Positions 15,417 to 21,306 of a stretch of 36,278 bases of DNA are shown one piece after another (the first letter of the stretch is position 1; every line of letters starts with the position of its first letter). The notes beneath the pieces were generated by a model. That model saw only the letters and a program-made list of their open reading frames with translations, made no database searches and was not told the origin of the DNA. This stretch comes from a virus, in the IMG/VR virus record IMGVR_UViG_3300006162_000032. The stretch is one strand, 5' to 3'. A program made the position numbers and the translations under genes.

Positions 15417-15575
15417 ATGAAAACACTGTGGAAGTCCGAAGAAGGGCAAGATATCGCAGAATACGCCGTGATGCTGGCGGTAATTCTGGTAATCGTCGTC
15501 GGTACGGTTCGCCTGATTGGAAGCAATTCCAATAACGTTTTTTCAAGTGCGGCGAGCGCCGTGGCGGCGCAGTAA
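15417..15575 (+). CDS. flp: Flp/Fap-family type IVb pilin-like protein (52 aa)
   Basis: MKTLWKSEEGQDIAEYAVMLAVILVIVVGTV matches Flp pilin signature (EEG-x-x-x-IEY-[AG]-hydrophobic stretch); CTAAAGGAGAAAACA-ATG. Confidence 0.55.
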   Translation: MKTLWKSEEGQDIAEYAVMLAVILVIVVGTVRLIGSNSNNVFSSAASAVAAQ

Positions 15576-15591
15576 AAATAAAAACATATCT

Positions 15592-15606
15592 CTGCGATTC
15601 TCGCAG
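15592..15606. promoter_or_regulatory. palindrome CTGCGATTCTCGCAG (copy 2 of 2)
   Basis: see 14752-14766. Confidence 0.5.
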
Positions 15607-15610
15607 TGAT

Positions 15611-15640
15611 ACGAGGGCCGCGGGGAAACCCGCGGTAAGT
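15611..15640 (+). repeat. family-A stem-loop element
   Basis: ACGAGGGCC-gcggggaaacccgcg-GTAAGT. Confidence 0.8.
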
Positions 15641-15706
15641 ACAGCCGGGAAAAAATCCCAAACAAGAAACTTAAACCGTCTCTTGTTGCTGTACCAGGAG
15701 AGGAAC
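15637..15706 (+). promoter_or_regulatory. family-B-like structured leader (variant, paralog of 5118-5183)
   Basis: TACAGC/GCTGTA P1, GGGAAAAAATCCC, AACAAGA...TCTCTTGTT, CCAGGAGAGGAAC-ATG. Confidence 0.55.
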
Positions 15707-15946
15707 ATGAAACTAATCTACGTTATCAACCACCATTCCAATGAAGATTACATGAACAATCTGGCAATCGTCGAAGTAGGACCGGACGACGCCTCTGAAA
15801 GTGGAATGACCATCGGAACAAAAATTGAACGGTACAGAAATTTGTTAAAGGTTAAGTACCCGTTTCATCATTCCATCGTGTTCATGGGTCACTTCCAGGG
15901 AGGTATTCATGTAATGCCATTCCAAGATTTAGAGATATTCATGTAA
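15707..15946 (+). CDS. hypothetical protein (79 aa); C-terminus altered by 32-bp tandem duplication
   Basis: start after conserved leader; ORF-track extension LLYQERN is translated leader. Confidence 0.5.
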   Translation: MKLIYVINHHSNEDYMNNLAIVEVGPDDASESGMTIGTKIERYRNLLKVKYPFHHSIVFMGHFQGGIHVMPFQDLEIFM

Positions 15947-15968
15947 TGCCATTCCAAGATTTAGAGAT
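15905..15968 (+). repeat. perfect 32-bp tandem duplication (ATTCATGTAATGCCATTCCAAGATTTAGAGAT x2)
   Basis: directly visible; without second copy the gene would end ...DLEI-TGA-CGAGGGCC as at other family-A junctions. Confidence 0.9.
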
Positions 15969-15971
15969 ATG

Positions 15972-15998
15972 ACGAGGGCCGTGGGAAACCACGGTAAG
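15972..15998 (+). repeat. family-A stem-loop element
   Basis: ACGAGGGCC-gtgggaaaccac-GGTAAGT. Confidence 0.8.
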
Positions 15999-16068
15999 TA
16001 TGGTTAATGAGGGGAAACCTCAGAACCAAGAGACTTCGTCTCTTGGTTTGCCATACCAGGAGAGGAAC
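15999..16068 (+). promoter_or_regulatory. family-B structured 5' leader
   Basis: ATGG..TTAATGAGGGGAAACCTCAG; P3 AACCAAGAGAC/GTCTCTTGGTT; TTGCCATACCAGGAGAGGAAC-ATG. Confidence 0.6.
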
Positions 16069-17172
16069 ATGAGTACAGCAACGTACCAAGTTACATCACC
16101 CGTGGACGATCCCTACTCGTCTTTGATTGATGAGTTTCTGTGGCGGGAGTTTCCCGTCGCCGCGGCTCCTCCAAAACAATCATTGCTCGAGATTATCACC
16201 GGTATTCTCTTGGGAACGAACCAGAATCGTTATGGTCCGATCCCGAAACCCGAGGCACTGGTGACAATTCGGGCGGTCATCCGGCAGAGTCTCGAACTGG
16301 GTAAGGCAATTCCGGTGCTGGTTCCCTGGGGCGGCCGAAAGGCCAAGACGGGGGCCATTCTGGATGTGGCCGAGGTCATGGCACTGAAACAACTCGCCTG
16401 CCTTTACCGGCAGGTTCGGGAAGTCTTCACACCATCTATCCAGTTTAATCTTCGTGTTGAAGATATCAACGCGGAGTATCTCTACCAAGAAGATGGCCCA
16501 GTCGGAGCAGAAATGGTGGAAGAGTACTCACAGGGTTTGTCGGCCTTGGTTCGGATTCTAAATCTTCATTTTGTGAATCCGGTCCGGGAAAAACATCTGA
16601 CTACCTATGAGGCCTACTTTGCCCTGGCCGACCAGATACAAGATGCCATGTACGAGTATCTGGTGGATAGTGACCAACCGGGTTATGACCGGAATAAATC
16701 CAAGTCTTGGGCAAAATTGCAGGACTTGGGTTGGTCTGGGGAAATTCCCACGGAGCAACGGGAGTATTACCGTCGACGGTATCGGGCCTGGGAACCGGGC
16801 ATTACGGAGTTCGCGGCCAATGTCAAGTTGGCGCGGTACTTCGCGGGCGCCCTGGCCCGGTACAAACTGCGGGCCTCGGGCGCAGATAAAAGTTGGACTG
16901 ATTATATTCAGATCAGCTTTACGCCGCCCGTACCCGGTGCCCCGGAGTCCTTTACCAATCGCATGTTGTACTATCGAACCATCGTCGAACGTTTGTCCAG
17001 AAATCACATGCCACCCTGGCGGGGTCGGGGTTACATTGCAATGATCGGACGGACGGCGGTTCCCAAACTTGCAAGTTTTCAAGAAAATCTTTCCTTGATT
17101 TCGCACCAAACTCGGTTGTCGAGAAACGGGGAAGACGTAGATGTTGATACAAGTTATTTGGTCAAACAATAA
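16069..17172 (+). CDS. hypothetical 367-aa protein (likely enzyme; no motif recognised)
   Basis: long ORF after family-B leader; ORF-track N-terminal 23 aa are translated leader. Confidence 0.65.
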   Translation: MSTATYQVTSPVDDPYSSLIDEFLWREFPVAAAPPKQSLLEIITGILLGTNQNRYGPIPKPEALVTIRAVIRQSLELGKAIPVLVPWGGRKAKTGAILDVAEVMALKQLACLYRQVREVFTPSIQFNLRVEDINAEYLYQEDGPVGAEMVEEYSQGLSALVRILNLHFVNPVREKHLTTYEAYFALADQIQDAMYEYLVDSDQPGYDRNKSKSWAKLQDLGWSGEIPTEQREYYRRRYRAWEPGITEFAANVKLARYFAGALARYKLRASGADKSWTDYIQISFTPPVPGAPESFTNRMLYYRTIVERLSRNHMPPWRGRGYIAMIGRTAVPKLASFQENLSLISHQTRLSRNGEDVDVDTSYLVKQ

Positions 17173-17201
17173 CAGAGGGACGCGGCGAACCTGCCGCGTT
17201 A
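17172..17201 (+). repeat. family-A-like stem-loop (ACAGAGGGAC-gcggcgaacctgccgcg-TTAATG)
   Basis: variant flanks. Confidence 0.55.
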
Positions 17202-17219
17202 ATGAACAGGAGGGAAAGC

Positions 17220-17411
17220 ATGCCAGAATTAGATCGGGTTTGGATGTTGGTAGATCGAGAAGGGGTAGTTTTGTATCATCGCCCCGGAACATCTGCCAGC
17301 GAGGCCTGGGAGTATGCCGTAAAGGACGTGAAGGATATCACGGGGTGGGATGCCAGTCTTCTCAAGAAAAAGGGCTTTCGAGCAAAAAAAAGTGATTATC
17401 AGTTTGCCTAA
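17220..17411 (+). CDS. hypothetical protein (63 aa)
   Basis: CAGGAGGGAAAGC-ATG. Confidence 0.5.
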   Translation: MPELDRVWMLVDREGVVLYHRPGTSASEAWEYAVKDVKDITGWDASLLKKKGFRAKKSDYQFA

Positions 17412-17431
17412 TAAGCCCATTCCTAGTAACT

Positions 17432-17460
17432 CAGAGGGCCGTGGGTAAATCCACGGTAAT
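17432..17460 (+). repeat. family-A stem-loop element (CAGAGGGCC ... GGTAATGG) fused to family-B leader
   Basis: CAGAGGGCC-gtgggtaaatccac-GGTAATGG. Confidence 0.75.
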
Positions 17461-17524
17461 GGCAATGAGGGGAAACCTCAAACATGCGGCTTCGCCGCAA
17501 TGTTTGCCATACCAGGAGAGGAAC
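17455..17524 (+). promoter_or_regulatory. family-B structured 5' leader
   Basis: TAATGGCAATGAGGGGAAACCTCA; P3 AACATGCGGC/GCCGCAATGTT; TTGCCATACCAGGAGAGGAAC-ATG. Confidence 0.6.
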
Positions 17525-17695
17525 ATGAAAGAGCCAATTAAAGTAGAACTCGGAGAAAAAGAATTGCGAGAATTATTAAATGGCCGCACAATCACCGTGC
17601 GGGATCGGCACCGCGAGATAGAAATCACCGCCACCGCGGCGGGGTTTCTGGCCGAGCGTGCGGTGATGGACGAAAATCCCGTTTTGAAAGTGTAA
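17525..17695 (+). CDS. hypothetical protein (56 aa)
   Basis: start after family-B leader. Confidence 0.5.
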   Translation: MKEPIKVELGEKELRELLNGRTITVRDRHREIEITATAAGFLAERAVMDENPVLKV

Positions 17696-17709
17696 AAGTA
17701 GTGGTAAAA

Positions 17710-17742
17710 ACGAGGGCCGGGGGATATATTTCCCCGGTAAGT
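17710..17742 (+). repeat. family-A stem-loop element
   Basis: ACGAGGGCC-gggggatatatttcccc-GGTAAGT. Confidence 0.8.
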
Positions 17743-17763
17743 AAATATCAAAGGAGAACGTAA

Positions 17764-19113
17764 GTGGAAGAAAAAGAATTATTAGATCGTGCAAAATCCG
17801 GCGATCAAGACGCGTTCTCCCAAATATATCGTGACCAGTTATCGCGGGTAAAAAAAACTTTGCGCAAATATTGGCAACTGAATGAAGACGCCGTGGAAGA
17901 ACTGGCCCAGGTGACCTTTACGAAGGCCTTTCTGGCCATCGGCGATTTTCGAGGTGAGGCCAAATTAAGTTCCTGGTTGCATCAAATTGCGCACCGGGAA
18001 TTTTTGATGTACCTACGAAGAAAGAACAATCTTTCAGAAGTATCCTTGGATAATCCCATCAATGAAGATGGAAACACCCTGGATTTGCCGGATACTCCGG
18101 ATAAAACCATAGATTCCTGGATCACACGTGAGCATTTTTTGCGCTTGTTACCGTATTTGAATAGGAGCCGGCGCCGCGTGTTGTTTCTTAGATTTCTGGA
18201 AGAAAAAACTTTGGAAGAAACCGCCGGAATTTTAAATTTGTCCGTCGGGGCCGTAAAGGCCTATCAATCACACGGTTTGAGTGATCTTCGAGTGTTGTGG
18301 GAGAGCAAATCAATGAGCAAATCAATGAGCAAGAAAAAACGAAGGTTGCGGCGCGAAAAACTGGTCGCCGCGGCCGCCCGGGAACACATCGGGAGTCCAC
18401 CACCGACGCAAATACGAAGTTCACGGAATGCGGGGGCGTCCAGATTCAATGAAACGGAACTGGGTAGTTATTACCATCTGAGCGGACGCGACCCTCGTGC
18501 CCCGAATCAAATATTTACGTCGCACGGACTTCTGGCAAAAACCCCCGTGAATCTCCGTCCCCCCCGGACGGTCACAGCACCGGGGCCGGTTCGGCAGTAT
18601 ACCCAGGAAGAGATTGTTCATCAAAACTATCTCTTTCAACTAAAACAACAAGGAGAGAAAACAATGGAACAAATACCAAGTGGATCACCACCGACCATCG
18701 AGTCTTTGATATCTGATGCCCATCGCAAGGTACAGTTTTATACCCGGCAGGCCGCGGAATCCGAGGCCGAGGCCCGTAAGTGGACCGCGGTGATTGAACA
18801 ACTGACAAGTGCCCACGATATTATCACGGGAAAGAAGTCGATTAATGCGACGGCCCATGATGAGGTCAATGGAAATGCCCCGCAGACTCGTTCACCACGA
18901 GGATATTGGGAACCGGTCTTAAAACAGATACTCGCCGATGGGCCTCTTCCTAAGAACGAATTAGTTCAGAAGATGATGACCGCGGGTACCACAAATGGTC
19001 AGGCCTATTCGATCATCCGTCGATGCCAAGATAAAGAATTAATCCTGGAATCGGATGGAAAACTGCACTGGATGGCGCCGGTCACCGAAGAACAACCGAG
19101 GGCCGCGGGGTAA
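17764..19113 (+). CDS. ECF-type sigma-70 family factor (regions 2 and 4) with about 260-aa C-terminal extension
   Basis: region 2: AVEELAQVTFTKAFLAIGDF...SSWLHQIAHREFLMYLRRK; region 4: RRVLFLRFLEEKTLEETAGILNLSVGAVKAYQSHGLSDLR; AAAGGAGAACGTAA-GTG start; in-frame internal AAGGAGAGAAAACA-ATG at 18664. Confidence 0.75.
   Translation: MEEKELLDRAKSGDQDAFSQIYRDQLSRVKKTLRKYWQLNEDAVEELAQVTFTKAFLAIGDFRGEAKLSSWLHQIAHREFLMYLRRKNNLSEVSLDNPINEDGNTLDLPDTPDKTIDSWITREHFLRLLPYLNRSRRRVLFLRFLEEKTLEETAGILNLSVGAVKAYQSHGLSDLRVLWESKSMSKSMSKKKRRLRREKLVAAAAREHIGSPPPTQIRSSRNAGASRFNETELGSYYHLSGRDPRAPNQIFTSHGLLAKTPVNLRPPRTVTAPGPVRQYTQEEIVHQNYLFQLKQQGEKTMEQIPSGSPPTIESLISDAHRKVQFYTRQAAESEAEARKWTAVIEQLTSAHDIITGKKSINATAHDEVNGNAPQTRSPRGYWEPVLKQILADGPLPKNELVQKMMTAGTTNGQAYSIIRRCQDKELILESDGKLHWMAPVTEEQPRAAG
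18303..18326 (+). repeat. 12-bp tandem repeat (GAGCAAATCAAT x2) inside sigma-factor extension (SKSMSKSM)
   Basis: directly visible. Confidence 0.8.
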
Positions 19114-19127
19114 TACCCGTGGTAAGG
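19097..19127 (+). repeat. family-A stem-loop element (stop TAA of sigma gene in loop)
   Basis: CGAGGGCC-gcggggTAAtacccgtg-GTAAGG. Confidence 0.7.
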
Positions 19128-19138
19128 AGGGAACAACA

Positions 19139-19357
19139 ATGAATGAAGGTTTGGCAAGTTTGGCGTTAATTTTACTGGGAGTATTGTACCTATGGTATGT
19201 ATTCTCTTTGGCCCGGCGACAGGAAAAGGCCTGGGAGATTATGCAACAGGCGCTTCTATCTCAGAACCGATGTGCGCCGCCGCCCGATATGGAAGTTCCG
19301 CCGGGGGTATTGCGTCCGGACGCACACCACGTACCACCGGCGCGGGGTATTCAGTAA
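19139..19357 (+). CDS. hypothetical membrane protein (72 aa)
   Basis: GGAGGGAACAACA-ATG; TM LASLALILLGVLYLWYVF. Confidence 0.45.
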   Translation: MNEGLASLALILLGVLYLWYVFSLARRQEKAWEIMQQALLSQNRCAPPPDMEVPPGVLRPDAHHVPPARGIQ

Positions 19358-19385
19358 CAGAGGGCCGGCCCACGGGCCGGTAATG
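19357..19385 (+). repeat. family-A stem-loop element (ACAGAGGG variant)
   Basis: ACAGAGGGCC-ggcccacgggcc-GGTAATGG. Confidence 0.75.
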
Positions 19386-19449
19386 GCAATGAGGGGAAAC
19401 CTCAACAAATAAGCCAACGGCTTATTTGTTGCCATATCAGGAGAGGAAA
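19379..19449 (+). promoter_or_regulatory. family-B structured 5' leader
   Basis: TAATGGCAATGAGGGGAAACCTCA; P3 AACAAATAAGCC/GGCTTATTTGTT; TTGCCATATCAGGAGAGGAAA-ATG. Confidence 0.6.
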
Positions 19450-19857
19450 ATGCGTTGTCCAAGTTGCAATAAGTTTGTTCCCTATGAAGACCCCCATGAA
19501 GTTGAGTTAGAAGGTGATTTGGAAGTGGACCTCATCGCGGCCGAGGTCCGGGCCGATGTTCGAGTAATATTGAAATGCGGCGAATGCGGCGAAGAATTGA
19601 AAGATGCAAATATCAGCGCAACTCAGGATATTCCTGGGTATGTACCCGAAGACCACGAGGGCGATGAACACGACCTCTCCGTCAATGGTAATGGTTCAGA
19701 TTTAGAACCGGCCACAAAAAGCGAGGGCAAGGGAAGAGGAACGAAAATGTTCTATGGTTTTTCTCTAGACTACAAAGTTTCGTGCAGTTGCGGAGCAACA
19801 TTCGAGGGAACGTTGTCGGATTTTGAACAAGCTAGTGCAATGAATGAACTCGCGTAA
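19450..19857 (+). CDS. Zn-ribbon-containing hypothetical protein (135 aa)
   Basis: MRCPSCNKF ... CGECGEE ... CSCG; start after family-B leader. Confidence 0.55.
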   Translation: MRCPSCNKFVPYEDPHEVELEGDLEVDLIAAEVRADVRVILKCGECGEELKDANISATQDIPGYVPEDHEGDEHDLSVNGNGSDLEPATKSEGKGRGTKMFYGFSLDYKVSCSCGATFEGTLSDFEQASAMNELA

Positions 19858-19885
19858 CAGAGGGCCGTGGGGTAAACCCACGGTA
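19857..19885 (+). repeat. family-A stem-loop element (ACAGAGGG variant)
   Basis: ACAGAGGGCC-gtggggtaaacccac-GGTAACGG followed by hairpin AACGGAC-TACT-GTCCGTT. Confidence 0.75.
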
Positions 19886-19916
19886 ACGGACTACTGTCCG
19901 TTATGAGGATAAAAAC

Positions 19917-20429
19917 ATGAAACCAAGGAGAGGAAAACAGTATGGGAGCACTAAGGAAAGTCATTCCATTTTCCAAACTGCGGCATTCCGGCTCGGTTAC
20001 CTTTACCGGGATATCAAAGCGCAGCTTAACGCCCTCGGAGCAGAGACAGGCGGAGCGATCACTCCGCCCGACGCTGCCCATTGGGTGGGAACGCTTCTTC
20101 TCGCCGAGACGCGCGGGGAGTTATTGGACGGTACCCAACATTTGCCCCAGATGCGGGGAGCAACCGACCAAGGGAATGAAATCGCCCCTGGCACGACGAC
20201 GATTCATGTTCGTTCACATGATGACAAACCATTGAAACGTCGTCTGTCCAAGTCGGCACGGAACCGGATTGCCCAGGCCCAGCGATTGCGATGGGCGAAA
20301 ACCAAAAGAAAATCAAAAGTTGCCATCGGGGCGAAAAGTTACTGGGACAAAATGTCTCCGGAAGAACGTTCGGCCGAGATGCAACGTCGCGTCAAAGTCC
20401 GGAATGCCAACAAAAAGAAGGCGGCATAA
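19917..20429 (+). CDS. hypothetical basic protein (170 aa; Lys/Arg-rich C-terminus)
   Basis: GAGGAT + 7 nt + ATG; stop abuts next family-A element (TAA-ACCAGAGGGC). Confidence 0.45.
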   Translation: MKPRRGKQYGSTKESHSIFQTAAFRLGYLYRDIKAQLNALGAETGGAITPPDAAHWVGTLLLAETRGELLDGTQHLPQMRGATDQGNEIAPGTTTIHVRSHDDKPLKRRLSKSARNRIAQAQRLRWAKTKRKSKVAIGAKSYWDKMSPEERSAEMQRRVKVRNANKKKAA

Positions 20430-20431
20430 AC

Positions 20432-20460
20432 CAGAGGGCACCGGGGAAACCCGGTGTAAC
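20432..20460 (+). repeat. family-A stem-loop element (CAGAGGGCA variant)
   Basis: CAGAGGGCA-ccggggaaacccggtg-TAACGG followed by hairpin AACGGA-TATCTT-CCGTT. Confidence 0.7.
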
Positions 20461-20489
20461 GGATATCTTCCGTTATCAAGGAGAGGAAT

Positions 20490-20999
20490 TTGGAAAACCA
20501 ACAATACGAAAAGCCATCCCCGGAAACCGTGGCGAAACTCGAGCAGTTAATTGAGTACATCGAGAAAGAACCACTTCGGTTCAACATGGGTTTGTGGGGA
20601 GTAACGGCCAAAGAAGGCGATGTTTTGAAAAAAAGAGTGTCTCAAATATTATCAGAATTTTCGCCGACGGCCGATGATGTTCCCCCCTGTAATACGGTGG
20701 GATGCCTGGCGGGAAATATTCTGGTAATGACGGGACAGGTTAAACCGATTAAAGATGAAGAAACAGACGTATCTTATTTTATCTTTCACACGGATACCCC
20801 CGACCGCGCCGCGGAATGGCTTGGCATAGATAAGAGTGCCGCGGCACGCTTGTTTCTTTTAAGGGGTTATCGCAACTACGGCCGAGGTCACTGGCCAGAA
20901 ACTTTTGAAAGAAGACTTCGGGATGCCACCCCGGGGACTACCGAGTATGTCAATATTACCAAAGAACGTATCCGGCACTTTGAACAAACCGGAGAATAA
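20490..20999 (+). CDS. hypothetical protein (169 aa)
   Basis: AAGGAGAGGAAT-TTG start per ORF track; internal ATG alternatives exist. Confidence 0.5.
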   Translation: MENQQYEKPSPETVAKLEQLIEYIEKEPLRFNMGLWGVTAKEGDVLKKRVSQILSEFSPTADDVPPCNTVGCLAGNILVMTGQVKPIKDEETDVSYFIFHTDTPDRAAEWLGIDKSAAARLFLLRGYRNYGRGHWPETFERRLRDATPGTTEYVNITKERIRHFEQTGE

Positions 21000-21027
21000 C
21001 AGAGGGCCACGGGTAAACCCGTGGTAA
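20999..21027 (+). repeat. family-A stem-loop element (last copy; ACAGAGGG variant)
   Basis: ACAGAGGGCC-acgggtaaacccgtgg-TAATG. Confidence 0.75.
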
Positions 21028-21116
21028 TGTACACCAGACCGTAATCGGTGTACTATGATTTTGCTGTTGTTCCTCTCCGAACAGACACGGGGTTGTTCCC
21101 GTGTCATACAGCAAAC

Positions 21117-21149
21117 CCCGGCCCAGGAAACTGGGCCGGGCATATTTTT
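21117..21149 (+). terminator. rho-independent terminator (CCCGGCCCAG-GAAA-CTGGGCCGGG + CATATTTTT)
   Basis: 10-bp GC stem, GNRA loop, U-tract; ends the small-gene array. Confidence 0.8.
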
Positions 21150-21272
21150 CAAAAACAGTAGGTTGCGGTGGGTGCTCTTTAAGGCTTGTCCGCCTGGCAG
21201 CCGGCGCAGGCAAAGAGGATACAAGACCCGGCATGTTCAGCGGTGAGGACTTCCTCATGGACTCTGAGAGCA

Positions 21273-21302
21273 CCCTCCGGAACCTAAATGTTCCAGGAGG
21301 GG
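21273..21302 (+). promoter_or_regulatory. hairpin sequestering the RBS (CCCTCCGGAAC...GTTCCAGGAGGG) of gene 21307
   Basis: 3' arm contains the SD CCAGGAGGGG 5 nt before ATG. Confidence 0.35.
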
Positions 21303-21306
21303 AACC

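Noticed and set aside
15190-15708. 172-aa minus-strand ORF
   Set aside because: Spans three + strand small genes plus two family-A elements and a leader; incompatible with the conserved element positions.
16000-16068. N-terminal extensions in the ORF track (..LPYQERNM) for ORFs 5160, 13227, 15683, 16000, 17441, 19426
   Set aside because: They are in-frame translations of the conserved family-B leader (TTGCCATACCAGGAGAGGAAC) which happens to lack stops; true starts are the ATG right after the SD.
16558-17292. 244-aa minus-strand ORF
   Set aside because: Antisense to the 367-aa + strand gene that has a conserved leader and RBS; GC-rich antisense frames commonly stay open.
19942-20235. Alternative 97-aa ORF with strong SD (AAGGAGAGGAAAACAGT-ATG)
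   Set aside because: Ends mid-gap with no element; the overlapping 19917..20429 frame ends exactly at TAA abutting the next family-A element, matching the architecture of all neighbours. Both remain possible; the SD at 19942 is notable.
4422-21027. Family-A repeats as a CRISPR array
   Set aside because: Units between copies are 100-1600-bp protein-coding genes, repeat stems differ in sequence between copies, and no cas genes are present.
4422-21027. Family-A hairpins as rho-independent terminators
   Set aside because: No U-tract follows the stems (GGTAAGTACAAAGGAG instead), and bona fide hairpin+U-tract terminators exist at 21117, 22399 and 30867; a factor-dependent role cannot be excluded.
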